From Eledone cirrhosa (Eukaryota): a stretch of 64,000 nt of DNA. The DNA lies in NCBI GenBank assembly GCA_964016885.1, contig OZ024743.1, positions 169,632,001 through 169,696,000 on the forward strand. The letters run 5' to 3'. The notes beneath the pieces were generated by a model. It did no database searches and was not told where the DNA came from. It saw nothing but the letters and a program-made list of their open reading frames with translations. The number at the start of each line of letters is the position of its first letter. The stretch's first letter is position 1. Positions 36,424 through 53,584 of the stretch are shown here, one piece after another. The position numbers and the translations under genes were made by a program.

Positions 36424-37473
36424 GTGAGTTTGGGAATTGAATATTGTGGGGGCCATCCTGGTAGTTGTTGGAGCTCTCTTGGTGACATGACAAAGAGGTT
36501 ACAAAATTGGATTTCAAGGATTAGTGTTGAAATGTGTACTGAGTTGTCGCAAAAGTTCCACTCCTTGGGAACAGCTAGAATTTTGAGAATGTTACTACAA
36601 ATGTAGTGGTTGATGAGAAACTGTAAGATCCTCGATCATTTGTTATTACCTGATCCTGCAGGGTAATTTTAATGACATAAGAACAAGGTGAGTTATGAAA
36701 AACATAGACAAGAAAGATGTTCAAGGTGAATGTAGAATTTGTGGGGAGAAAACAGAGACAGTTGCCCATATCATTTCAGAGTTTAAGCAGTTAGTTCAGA
36801 ATGATTATAAAGAAGGCAGACATGAAAAGGTAGCTACCATGTTGCACTGGAGCTTGTGTAAAAAGTATGGATTTCCATGTGCAGAAAAAAATCTATGAGC
36901 ATGATGTCACAAATGAGATGAGAGTGCTAGAGAACAATAAGATAAAGTTCTTATGAGACTTCCCAACTCAAACTGAGATGAAGATTGAACACAACAGACC
37001 AGATATTGTTGTAATTGAGAAGGAAAGAAACTGTACCCTCACAGATGCAGTGTGTCCCTTTGACACCAGAATTGAATGAAAAGAGAAAGAGAAAGTAGGG
37101 GCTTATACTGACTTAAAATATGAGATCTTGAAATTCTGGAGTAATTATCCTAGTGGTGATTGGTGCTCTTGGCATCGTGACAAAGAAAACTACTTGTTGA
37201 AAACAAACTTTACACAAGGGATTGAACTACTCCAGGAGACATGCCTATTGAGAACAGCCTGATAATTGAGAAAAGTTTTGGACTAGCAGCAATAGTGAAA
37301 TGACAAGGAATGATATGTAGAAGCTGGAGTTACCTTAGGTTACTAGTTGTAACCCAGTATTCCTTAAAATACCTAGCCCAAAACAAAATCAAAGTTGTTT
37401 GTGATAAATAGTCAAATAATGATGTCTACCATTTAATGGTTTCTACTAGAAATAGTCAAATAATAATAATAAT
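36424..37473 (+). mobile_element. R4/Dong-like C-terminal fragments (CCHC + RLE) ending in (AAT)n
   Basis: CRICGEKTETVAHIISE, HNRPDIVVIEK, AVCPFDTRIE and VVIGALG; two RLE end segments (stops near 36606 and 37286). Confidence 0.8.
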
Positions 37474-38820
37474 GCATGCTTTCTTTATTAGCCACACAGA
37501 GGACAATAAAAATGGTACAGAGCAGTACAGTGTGTGTCTTTTGTGTGAGAGAAAGGTTTATAAAGAAGACTAAAAAATAAACATTTAAAAAAAATCAAAG
37601 CATAACAAATTCCCCCAAAAGTTGAAAAAGCTCACAAAAAGCCACAGTAACCTGTACCATTAGTGGAAGTGCTTTCTCTTAGTAAATCCTCCTCCAATTT
37701 GCAGGTGCATGCTCAGAGCAAACCCATTCACTCGGACCATTAACATGGGCCATTCTTGCCTCTCTCACCAAACTCTTTAAAAAAACTGGTTGGAAGGCAG
37801 CATTTCCCTCTCCGCCCTAATTTTTCTCTTCAGCTGAAACCTGAAAAAATTAATTAGGGATTCGCTGAACAGGAAAGAGCTTGTCTTCAACCCTTTCAAG
37901 CACGTCCACCACATGACCTCTTTTGCCATGACTAGATAAAAACTGCCTGTCTTTCTCCTCTAACAGGAGACAGTGGAGTAATCTTCACAATAGACTCAGT
38001 TGATAGTCGGATCTGTCCCACATGTGACAAAAGGTGTTCAACCCACAAATCAGCAATGCTTGGACACTCGATGAGTGTATGCCAGATGGATTTGTTGACC
38101 TGTGTGCATCTTGGACAGGCCCGGCTGACAGCATTTCCATGTCTCTAGAGTTTATCTCCAACTGGCAAAGCTCCTCAGTAGCACTGCCAGGCCAGGGATT
38201 TCTGGAAGTTAACCATGGGCCCTGGACTGAAAGTCCTCTGGAAAAGAGTGGCTAGTTGATTTCTGTTAACCCCTAGAGTCTCCTCAAGAACGTTGTCATT
38301 TTTACCTGCCACTAAACCTCTATAGAAAGCTAAGGTGGAGTTTCCACCGATCGTATTGCCTGATTGTTGCTGTGAGCGCTTAAAGACATTCAAGTCTCCA
38401 AAAGCTCCCTCTCAGTCTTTACTTGACCCAAGACTGTAACTCTGTCAAGGAAACAAGCTGTAGAAAGCCATGTCTAACAGATACTATTCACTATTGAGGT
38501 AAAGCTGGAGATGACATAGCTTGAGCGCATGTTTGCACATTTTCAGCCATGGCATGCTCAGTCCTCTAATCAGTAGGTGTTGGCAGCAAATGGACTGCCT
38601 GACAATTGGCACACATCCCTTCCAAAAACGTGAGGGTGCAAACACTCCAGTGTGGTCAGACAGTGACCAGGACAAGGCACAAAGCTCAGTCAGTAGTAGA
38701 TGATGGATGTGATGTACACATTCATCACTTCTGTCTGACCTTTCAGAGATAACTTCCTCTCGGCCCATTTCTGGATGTGGCCATCCTGCTCATTACCTCA
38801 TCCCAGTTTTTGTCCATGGT
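37474..38820 (-). mobile_element. Tx1/L1-like LINE copy 3 (3' portion)
   Basis: GNSTLAFYRGLV, FQKSLAWQCY and SICCQH..GLSMPWL, collinear with copy 1; 3' AATAAAGAAAGC next to (ATT)n. Confidence 0.87.
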
Positions 38821-39049
38821 ACTAATAATAGGTGTTATTTCAAAATTAGGGACGAGGCCAACAATTTGGTAAAAAAATAATAATTTCAAATATGGAGATT
38901 TTGTTGTCTCAACCACCAACACCCTGATCATCTCTATCATCAGCAGCAGTATCAGTAACAGCAACTGCCCTACTTTCAGCATGCATGAAAGCTTTTATTC
39001 CATGTCAGCCACAACACACAGGTGCAAATACCATTTCATGAGTGTTGTT

Positions 39050-40815
39050 ACATTCCTCATCTTTATCATCATTTTTATCAGACTTCAGATCAGCAAATAA
39101 AGTGTTCTGGCAGACCATCTGCCAACTTCGTAATAAGAAGCCCTGCTCCACACCTGCTATCAAGAATGTGTCTGGGGTTCTCCTCTCTTCAGAGAGGTGC
39201 ATCCTCACAAAATGGAGAGAGTACTTTGTTAATCTTCTAAACCCAATCACAACAGCATCTTCGGATGTACATGTGGTGCATCTGAGAATAGTGACTAATC
39301 TCTCAGAGGCTAAGGTCACAAGAGCAGTTAAAGAGCTTAAATATGGCAAGGCCAATGGGGAAGATGAAATCTGGCCTAAGATGTTAAAAGCCTTAAATAG
39401 AGAAGGTATTCTCTAGCTGACTCATGTGTACCGAGTGGCCTGAATCTCTGGAAAGATACCTAAGCAGTGACAATTGGGAGTGATCATCCCAATTTTCAAA
39501 AAGGGAGACAAGAGAGATTGTTCCAATTACAGAAGGATCTCCTTGTTAAGCCTTCCTGGTAAAGTCTATGCTAAGTGTCTGCCAGAGAGATGTAGGGAGA
39601 TTGTCGAGTCCAAGCTAACTGATGAACAGTGTGGGTTTGGAACAAATATTCACATTGCAGCAGGTATGCAAGAAACCGCGGAATTATAGCTAAGAAGTAT
39701 ATACTTTTTTGTCAAACTTAAAAAAGCATATGATTGTGTTCCCCGAGACCTGCTGTGGAAGGTTGTGCAGGATTGATGGTCAGCTTCTTGGTGCCCTGAT
39801 GTCTCTATATGAATGCCTGAGTATTTATGTCTGGATAAATGGTGCTAAATTGAAACCATTGAATGTTGGAGTCGGACTCCATCAAGGGTTCATACTGTCA
39901 CCTTTCCTGTTCATCATTTATATGAACAGGCTTGACATGCACAGCCAGGTTGGAAGTAGTATCATGACTGGCAGGTGTAAAATCAGCCAGCTGGAATTTG
40001 CAGACAACATGGTGTTACTTAACTCAACAGAAGGTGATCCCTGATTTGCACTTGAAAGGTTTGATGCTGAGTGCTGCATGACTGGAATGAAAATCAGTAC
40101 CGCAAAAACTAAGTAGCTTGTCCTCTCAAGGAAGCCTGCTTAGTGCACTCTACTGTACATGTGAATGGAGTTTCACTGAAGCAGGTAGAGAAGTTCAAGT
40201 ATCTCGTGGTCATGTTCACGAGTGTTAGAAGGCAGGATTTTGGCAGTATGGAAGGCAGGAGGCTGAATTAATTGCAAGAATTGCAGGAGCTGGTGCAGTA
40301 ATGTGCCAGCTTCACCATTCAGCAATCAGAAGACGGAAGGTAGGCGTAAAAGCCAAACTTGCTATCTTTAATTCGGTATTCGTGTCAACCCTTACCTATG
40401 GTCATGAATCTTGGGTAATGACCGAAAGAATAGGATCGTAAATACAAGTGGCCGAAATGGGATTCCTCCAAAGGGTCTTTGGAGTAATGTTATTCGATAA
40501 AGTTTATAGCTCAGAGATCAGATAGTCACTTCACCAAATTGAGAAATCACAGTTCCGATACTATGGGCATGTGATTATAATGTCTCAGAAAAGAATTGTT
40601 GGACAGATGATTTTACGGGCAAAGCCAACTGGCAAGAGACCCAAGCAAGATGGTTGGATAACACCCATGAACTTGACTGGTCCTGCTTGTGAATCCAGCC
40701 GGATCAGTTGGAGATGGTTGCTTCTGACAGGCCCCACTGGAAGGAGTGTTTGAGGACTTTGCTCCAATGACCCTCTCAGGAATGAGTGGGCAAAGAAGAA
40801 GAAGAAGAAGAAGAA
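39050..40815 (+). mobile_element. RTE-clade LINE family 2 with (GAA)n tail
   Basis: KANGEDEI, IPIFKKGDKRDCSNYRRISLLSLPGKVY, GLHQGFILSP, LEFADNMVL, KFKYL, LTYGHESW. Confidence 0.87.
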
Positions 40816-40817
40816 GA

Positions 40818-41070
40818 TCATCTTTATCATCTCTACCATCATAATCATAACCACCATCATTGTTATCATCATCGCAGTCGCGTATGTGGTCATTGTACTT
40901 TTGGTCATGAAGATGACCATAATCGCAGCCATCATCATCACCACCATAATCACAATCATCATCACACCCACAACTGTCATCATCATCATCATCAGTGGTC
41001 ACTGTACATTTTGTCATCATCATCACAACCATCATCATCATCACCAGTTTTATCATCACCACTATCCTCA
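40818..41070. repeat. Degenerate (CAT)n tract
   Basis: Direct read; source of the spurious poly-His/Met/Asp ORFs. Confidence 0.9.
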
Positions 41071-41367
41071 TCTTCCACCTATTTTTAAGAGCACTATAAC
41101 TATTTAGTAAACATATGGTTTTACTTTTAGTTCAGCAAAAATTCTTATAAAATTTGTTTATTTTTTCTCTTTTCCACCCAAACACCATCGCCACCACCTC
41201 CTTCACCACCACCAGCACCACCGTTTTGTTTTAGTTTTTGTTATTTTGAGGAAAGAGTGTGGTGAGGGTGAGGAGTTCTTTCAAAAGAATCTTTCAAGTG
41301 GTTCTAAGAATGGAAAAACTTTTTTTTTTCTTGTGTATGATGTGTAGGATGGAAAAATAAAAGGAGA

Positions 41368-41445
41368 GAAGAAGAAGAAGAAGAAGAAGAAGAAGAAGAA
41401 GAAGAAGAAGAAGAAGAAGAAGAAGAAGAAGAAGAAGAAGAAGAA
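41368..41445. repeat. (GAA)n microsatellite
   Basis: Direct read. Confidence 0.97.
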
Positions 41446-41611
41446 AGCAATCTGGAATATCTATATGTTGATGTAAGGAAGATAAACTAAAAAGAAAGAC
41501 ACTCAAAAACCAATAAAAAAATACATACATAAAGAGATAACCAGAAAGTCGTTTAAAGGATAATTGAGGAATTAGGGCATGAGAACTGTTACCAAATATA
41601 TGTAAGAGGCA

Positions 41612-41647
<36 letters not shown>

Positions 41648-41849
41648 TCTCTTTCTCTCTCTCACTCACTTTCTCTCACTCTCTCTCCCTCTCCCTCCCT
41701 CTCTCTTTATACACCCACACACCCACACACACACATATATATATAATCTACAAAGTAAACTGTCCCTAATACAGTTTATCTCATACATACATATACATTG
41801 ATACATACTGATTGTTTCACACATGCATATAAATATGCATACAGGTAAA

Positions 41850-45004
<3,155 letters not shown>

Positions 45005-45385
45005 GATATATATATAACTTAATTAACAATATCTTGATTTATAAAGTAAATGTCTCTAATAGGTATGCATCTCAATGAAAGAATAAGATATATCAATAAA
45101 TTAATAAACCAATAATCCACTCAGAAAAGTATAAAAAATATTAAATTTAAGCCCAAATTACACTTTGCGGGGATATAATACATTGAGTAGATAATTCAAT
45201 TTTCACACAGTATTTAAAGTTACATCATGCTGTTATGCCATATGGTTTTTACATGGTACATATTCAGGTAGTCCCTTTCGGTAGATATATATACGTGGTA
45301 ATACAATAAAACACCTTGTTCACATATATGATCTAACAGTGATTTGGTATGAGGATAATTCATCTCATATTCTTTAGAAGAATTC

Positions 45386-45486
45386 GCCTCCTGATGATAA
45401 AACTTCAGTTCTTCTAGCAATGGTTATTCCAATGTCTTGAAATACCAAATGCTGTTTCTTTGAGTTTTTGAAACCATGGTTGGGGC
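45386..45486 (+). ncRNA. Type I hammerhead fold with palindromic stem III and a 72-nt stem II
   Basis: GCCTC-CTGATGA-T-AAAACTTCA...TGAGTTTT-T-GAAA-CCATGG-TT-GGGGC; predicted cleavage after 45481. Confidence 0.8.
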
Positions 45487-45551
45487 ATTATATGTGTTGG
45501 AATTGGCTTCCTTTAGCCAATTTTGACTTATATCCCCAATGTAGCTATATT

Positions 45552-45770
45552 AATGGTGATGATGGTGGTTGTGATGATGATGATGATAATGGTCTTGGTG
45601 ATGTTGATTATGATGATAACAATGGTGGTAATGTTACTGATAATGGTGATAATACTGTCTCGAAGGTGATGATGATGATGTTGATGGCAATTGATTGTAG
45701 TAATGGTGGTGATAATGATGGTAATGATGATAGTTATGATGATAACAGAGTTGATGGTGTTGATTGATTG
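45552..45770. repeat. Degenerate (GAT)n tract
   Basis: Direct read; similar tracts at 29520-29650 and 46050-46160. Confidence 0.85.
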
Positions 45771-46894
45771 ATAAGTTGTGGTAATGATGGGGATATGATG
45801 TTGTTGATTGTCATATGGGGGTGATGCTGGTAATGGTTGGTGGTAGAGGGCTTAGCCTCAGGGTGGGGGTCTGTTCTGTTCTAGCAAGCCTATTATTAAT
45901 GACATTTCAACAACCAAGGCCATCCCATTTTCTTTTTTTTTTTTCTAAGAGTAATGACTACATTATCTAGTGTGTCCTTACTTGTTTAGATGGTAAGGTA
46001 TGATTTTAAGACTGTTTCTAACAGGTTTAGTGATCAGTTAGGGGTATCTGATATTGATAATGGTGTTAATGACACTGGTGATGGGGATGATGATAGTAAC
46101 CAAGGTGATAAAGGTGATGATGGCAGCAATAATGATGATGATGGTAGTGGTGATGTTGATATATGTTACATTTTCGTGTTTAATATTTTTTTTCAAATCA
46201 CATCTAAAATATTGTTAGAAACCACACTATGTGTATATGTGTATGTGGCTATAAACACATATTGATATATATAAAAACTAAACCTTACTAAAATGATTTA
46301 TAGAACTGCTCTTAGTATTACAGAGCAAATAATAGTTTCATATTCTGAAAACAGATCCAGCAATTCTCTATATACACTTACGAAATAACTATAGATATTT
46401 CAATTCTGAATTCGAATTGTGGTTTTCTCTTGTCCATTCTTGCCTCCACACACACACTTGTCACAGTACCTAGGAATATGTGAAAAAAAGCTGAAATATA
46501 GTAGGACCTATTTGTATGTAGCTGTCAACACATCTAGCTTTAAAACTAAAACCTATTACTATTATATTTATAGTCTAAATCTTGTGAATTTTCATTAATT
46601 AATTCACCAAAATATAGCATAAAATGTTACTTGAATGTGAAAATTTCTAGTTTCTTAAAACTAAAATGATTGACAACACTACTCTTAGCATAAGCCTACA
46701 AACCTCCTTTGACAGTCTAATGCATCATATACGCCATGCAATGCTGACTATAGTATAAATATGCTGTACTGGAAACAGCATTTAGGGTAGAAAAGATTTA
46801 GTGAAGGGTTGTGGTTACTGCTGATGCTAGTACAAGGAATCACTACATATATTTGTGTGACAAACAATACAATACAAAAGACAAAAGAACCTGA

Positions 46895-47970
46895 CATGCA
46901 TGTAGAAGCATCAAGTTGATGGACCAGGTCATGAAAGTTACTGAAAGGGTTATAGAACAAATAATCAGGGACAGAACCAAGTTAGATGAGATGCTGTTCA
47001 GATTTATACTAGATAGGGGTACAACTGATTCTCTTTTTGGTGGAACAACTACATGAGAGGTATTTAGTTAAGAGTAAGCAACTGTATCTGGAGAAGGCCT
47101 TTGACAGGATCCCACATGCTATAATCTAGTAGACACTTAGGAAACTAGGTGTAGACGAATAACTTGTGAGGGCTGTACAGGCCATGTATAGAGGAGCAGC
47201 TAGCAGAGTGAGAGTTGGCAATGAGTACAGTGATGAATTTGAAGTGCGGGTGGGGGTCCACCAGGGATCAGTCCTCAGTCCATTCCTATTTATCATTATG
47301 CTTCAGGCCATCACTGAGGAGTTTAAAACTGGCACCCTATGGGAGCTCCTATGTGCTGACAACCTAGTCTTCATAATTGAATCTATAGGAGAGTTAAAAG
47401 CAAAGTTTTAAGCATGGAAGAAGTACCCAAAGCTGAAGGGCCTAAAAGTAAATTTAGCAAAGATGAAAGTCTTAATATGTAGGAAAGAAAACAGGAAGGT
47501 GATACCATCAGAAAAGTGGCTGTGCTCGACATGTCAGAAAGGGTGAGTAGAAATTCCACAAGGTACACTCAATGTAAATTATGGATGCTCAAGAGATGTA
47601 GTAGGATTGCAGGTAAGCTAACAGAAAAGATAGACTTCATATGTGATAGTGACACAGGGGCAGTGACCAAAAAGAGCACAGGTGAAATAGATTCCCTCAG
47701 CTTCCAGGGGAGCTCCGTAGAAGTTTTGACAGCTTTCACTACCAAATTAATAGTTGGGGAGGATGCACTGAAAGTGTGACAACTAGGATAAGAACAGGCT
47801 GGAAGAAGTTCAGAGATCTATTACCACTGCTAACAACAAAATGCGTTACTCCCAGAGTGATGGGTAGATGTATGATGCCTGTATGTGAACTGCAATGCTA
47901 CATGACAGTGAAACATGGGCCTTGACTGCAGAAGACCTGCAGAGGCTCGAAAGAAATTTTACTTGCATGA
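46895..47970 (+). mobile_element. RTE family 1-related RT fragment with a decayed PHD-like finger
   Basis: LEKAFDRIP, VGVHQGSVLSP, LCADNL, KWLCSTC..CTQ-like..CKLWMLKRCS, SETW. Confidence 0.82.
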
Positions 47971-48004
47971 AGATTATCTCCTGCTTCTTAAAACAATATA
48001 GGTC

Positions 48005-48134
48005 CAAGTTTGAGGAAAACTTATAGCTGAGACGAAGGACATTTCAGGCCAAGTTTGAACATGATTGGTTGGCTGGTTTTTGAGAGTGCATTGGTAATAA
48101 ACAGACATAAACAAGCAATTTTATATATATAGAT
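48005..48134 (+). mobile_element. Possible end of a non-autonomous Helitron-like repeat
   Basis: GCCAAGTTTGAACATGATTGG..ACAGACATAAAC..TTTATATATATAGAT resembles ends of such elements; recognition from memory only. Confidence 0.3.
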
Positions 48135-48255
48135 ATCATATATATATATGTGTGTGCGTGTGTGTGTATGTGAATTTTGTATATTTAAAGATATATGGTA
48201 TATTTAATAAATAAATATTTTGAAAGCCTCAGCTACGAATAAAAGACGGCCAGCG

Positions 48256-48633
48256 CTTGGGTAATGGCCGAAAGAATATGATCACAAATACAAGCAGCCG
48301 AAATGGGATTCCTTCAAAGGGCCTTTGGAGTAACATTACTCGATAAAGTGTGTAACTCTGATATCCAAGTTACACACTACTTCTCCGAATTGAGAGATCA
48401 CAACTCCTATACTATAGACATGTGGTTAGAATGTCTCAGGAAAAAATTGCTGGACAGATTTTACAGTAGACCCTGAGCAAAATGGTTGGATAACATCCAT
48501 GAGCTTGGCTAGTCACGCTTGGGGATCCAGCTGGATCAGTTGGAGATGGTGGCTTCTGACAGGACCCACTGGAAGGAGTGTTTGAGGACTCTTCCCCTAT
48601 GACCCTCTCAGGAATAAATGGGCAAAGAAGAAG
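48256..48633 (+). mobile_element. 3' fragment of RTE family 2
   Basis: Aligns to 40410-40800; ends GGGCAAAGAAGAAG. Confidence 0.85.
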
Positions 48634-48939
48634 ATATATATATATATCATCATCATCATCATTATCGGTTAACATCTATATATATATATATATATATGTG
48701 ATTGGAATTTAGCTTCTTCATAGCTGTATAGATATATGTATGTGAATTTCGTATATCTAAATATATACAGTATGTTTAATAAATAAACATTTTGAAAACC
48801 TCAGCTATGAATAGAAGACTGATGGCCAGCACCGTCTGGCAGAATCCAGCAGAATCAAGAGGGATAATTGTCTATGCATTTCGAACTTAGATGGTTCTCG
48901 TCAGGATAATGCTTTCCTCTTTCTACTGCTGGACTTTGA

Positions 48940-51045
48940 AGCAGGCAAATTTTTTCCTGAGACATTCTAATCCCATGCCTATAGTATAGGAGCTGTGATC
49001 TATCAATTCGGAGAAGTAGTGGCTCTGCCTGGAGTGATCCTCTGATCTCTAAGTTACACACTTTATCGAGTAACGTTTCTTCAAAGGCCTTTTGAAGGAA
49101 TCCCATTTCAGCTGGTTGTATTTGTGATCATATTCTTTCAGTCATTACCCAAGATACATGACCATAGGTAAGGATGGCTGAAATACTGAATTGAAGAAGG
49201 CTTTTACACCTACTTCCCTTCTTGTGACTACTGAATGCTGAAACTGGCACATTACTGCACCAGCTCCTGCAATTCTTGCACTTAACTCAGCCTCCTGCCT
49301 TCTAACACTCGTGAACATGACCACGAGATACTTGAACTTCTCTACTTGCTTCAGTGGAACTCCATTCACATGTACAGTAGAGTGCACTAAGCAGGCTTCC
49401 TTGAGAGGACAAGCTACTTAGTTTTTGTGGTATTGATTTTCATTCCAGTCATGCAGCGCTCAGCATCAAACCTATCAAGTGCAAGTCAGAGATCATCTTT
49501 TGTTGAGTTAAGTAACACCATGTCGTCTGCAAATTCCAGCCGACTGATTTTACATTTGCCAGTCATGATACCTCTTCTAACCCAGCTGCACATGTCAATC
49601 CTGTTCATGAAAATAATGAACGGGAGAGGTGACAGTATACACCCTTGGCGGAATCCGACTCCCACATTGAATGAGTTAGCACCATTTATCCAAACACAAA
49701 AACTTGGGTACACTTATACAGACATCAGGGCAGCAAGAAGCTGACCATCAAACCCATACTCCTGCACAGCTTTCCACAGCAGGTCCCAAGGAACACTGTC
49801 GTATGTGTTCTCAAGTTCAACAAAAACAAGAATATATTTCTTGGCAATACTCCCATGGTTTCATGAATACCTGCTGCAGTGGGAATATTTGGTCGGCTGT
49901 GCTGCACCTGGGGTGAAACCCTTACTGTTCATCATTTAGTTTTGAGTTGACAATCTCTCTGCATCTCTTGGCCAGACACTTAGCATAAACTTTACCAGAG
50001 AAACTTAACAAGGAGATCCAACTTTAATTGGAACAATCTCTCTTGTCTCTCTTTTAGAAAATATCACTCCTGATTGCCATTGCTTAGGTGCCTTTCCAGA
50101 TATCCAGGACACCCAACACACATGAGTCAGCCAGAGAATAAACATCTTGGGCCGTATTTCATCTTCCCCAGCGGCTTCACCACATTTGAGCTCTTTGCAT
50201 GCTCTTGTGACCTCAGCCTCAGAGAGATTAGTCACTGCTCCCAGATGTACCTCGCACACGTCCAAAGATGCTGTTGTGATTGGGTCTAGGAGATCAGCAA
50301 AGTATCCTCTCCACTTCGCGAGGATGCACCTCTCTAATGAGATGAGAACCCCAGAGGCTTTCTTGATAACAGGTGTGGAGGAGGCTTCTTATTACAAAGT
50401 CGGCAGATGGGCTGACAGAACACTTTCTTTGCTGATCTGAAGTTGGATTCCATGTCTTAACTTTGGACTCTTTTACTGTCTCTGCTGCGATTTTATGTGC
50501 CTGCATGTACCGCAAGTGCAAGAAGGAGGACTTATTCCCAAGCCAAGCTTTGTAAGCCTCCTTCTTTGCTCAGGTGGCATCATTGACCTCTTGATTGAAC
50601 CAAGGAGTCTTCCAGCCATTCGGCACCACACCAAGTCTCTTTCACCCACAGCATTTAACAGCTGAAGCAGAAACTGCCATGCTGAACAATCTCCACTCTG
50701 TCTCAACGTCCTTTGTTTGTTCAGGGAGTTCTCTGAATTTGGATACAAAAGTATCTGCTTACCTGATCCTGCCTTCCTTATCCACCAATGCTTCCCCCTT
50801 TTGGGGCTTCTTTGGCTTTAGGTAGTCTCAAGTTGCAGATAACTAGATGGTGATCAGTTGACAGCTCAGCCCCTCTCTTAACATGAACATCCAGCACAAA
50901 AGAGATCAGAGACAATAACAAAATCAATTATTGATCTCTGTCCCTGATTCCCCTTATACCATGTATATTCATGGATGTCTTGCAGGGCCTCTCTATTCAT
51001 ATTTAGATTGGGGGGTCACCATTCCTTCCAATCACTTCTTTCCAT
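48940..51045 (-). mobile_element. RTE family 2 copy (end of APE + RT), decayed
   Basis: Reverse-complement similarity to 39050-40600; GFRQGCILSP, LEFADDMVL, KFKYL, LSTDHHLV. Confidence 0.87.
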
Positions 51046-51499
51046 GTCAGGTCATCAGGATATATGACTCAGTCTTAACCACATCTAACGTATACACACA
51101 TGCAACCTAAACAACATCTCATACAAGGAAATTGATACAATGAAATACTACATCAGTAGTTGATGTCATTCTCATGAATAGCAAAATAACCATCAAACAA
51201 CACTTGAAAATAATTTAAGAAACTTAAATCTAAATTTAATCCCAAAGAGAAAAAACCAGAACATTTTTCTCTGAGAGTTCCTTAAGTCCTGAAATATTAG
51301 GACAAAAGAAACTACAAAAACAAAACAAAGATTACCAGGTAACTTACTGTTTCTTTACCTTCAACTTACCATCCATTTTGCATTGTTTAGCTTTATATCT
51401 CTTTCCACATTATATATATATGTATATCATCATCATCATCATCATCATTTTACGTCTGCTTTTCCCTGCTAAGTATATATATATATCTCACACTCTCTT

Positions 51500-51532
<33 letters not shown>

Positions 51533-51542
51533 GTATATATAT

Positions 51543-52101
<559 letters not shown>

Positions 52102-52569
52102 TTCCATAGCAGTTGAGTCAAATTTCCGGTGAATAGATCTCTCTATCCTTCCATTTTCCGGGGGGGGGGGGGGAATCATTTGCAGCATAGTTGGAGACTA
52201 GATTAATTGATAGCTCATGCTTAAACTGAGGAAAAATAATCATTTCCACCAAAAATTGGGGTGGTGTTCTAAGAATTTATCAAATTTTTATCATAATTTA
52301 CTTTTATGGGTTTTCTATTTTAAATTTATTATTGTTGCTGATCTCACAGAATTTGTTATGCCAATAATATTAGAATCACTAATCACAATAAGTATTAAGA
52401 AAATATATCATGTTTTGAATAAAATTTCATTATTTTCTTTAACCTAGGCAACGCTGGGTATGTCTGCTGTATAAATAAATGTATGTATGTATATGTGTGT
52501 CTGTGTGTGTGTGTATATACATATATATATGTGTGTGTGTGTACATATATAAATATATATATATATATA

Positions 52570-52712
52570 AATGTGGTTGGCATTAGGAAAGGCATCCATG
52601 GTTCTGTATGAGCAAAACACACTCATCGTATCTGGCTTGTCTCCCAATGAGACAACTTATCTAACCCATGCTTGCATGTTAAATGGATATTAAATGATCA
52701 CGACAATGACAA
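52570..52712 (+). mobile_element. RTE family 1 3'-end fragment
   Basis: GTGGTTGGCATTAGGAAAGGCATCCA..CTAACCCATGCTTGCATG. Confidence 0.65.
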
Positions 52713-52731
52713 TATATATACACATGTATAT

Positions 52732-52801
<70 letters not shown>

Positions 52802-53584
52802 AAGAGAGAAGTGTACATGTGTATGCATGCATAGTTTAGTAGAAATGTAGTGGGTAGTTAGTTCGTGGTAGGTCAGTGTATGATTTATGTTTGCCTTTTT
52901 GCTGGGTGTGTGCTCATGGTGATATTTCTTAGTAATGCTTTTGACATTTAGATCTTGGTGTCTCCTGGAGTTTTTATTGTTCTCAGGAGAGACACAGAGA
53001 GACAGTGACAGATTCACAAGTGTTACATTAATTTCTCTTTATTGTTCTTAGTTTCTTCATGTGCAACACCAATAAGCAGCTGTATATGTTTGTGTCAGTG
53101 TGTGAGAAAACATAAACACTCTATAGGAATATATATGTACTTGTGTGTATATATATGTATGTGTCTATACATATATAACTGTGTCTATACATACATCTAT
53201 ACACTCACACCCACATAATGAATTCTCCCATTCTTTTTTGTTTTAACCTCCATCTACTGTGATTCAGGGCAGTTATTTCAAATCTTTGTCTCTTTTAGGT
53301 TAACTTTGAGTTTGTCCTTGAATATTAGCTATCATCTTTATATGTTTCTCCTTCAAACTTGTAGCTGGCTCTACATGAGGACTTTTAGAATTCTATTGAT
53401 ATGGCTAAAGTATCTAAAATGGGATTGCAAAAGAAAAGGTTCAATGCTACCAACTTTACATTTAGAGAATATGTCAATATTCAATATTCTAACATTTAAG
53501 CAATTAAACTATTTTACTACATTTTATTAATTTCAAAATTAGTTAAACATATAGAAAAAGAAAGCAGTATTGGAAAGGACTATA

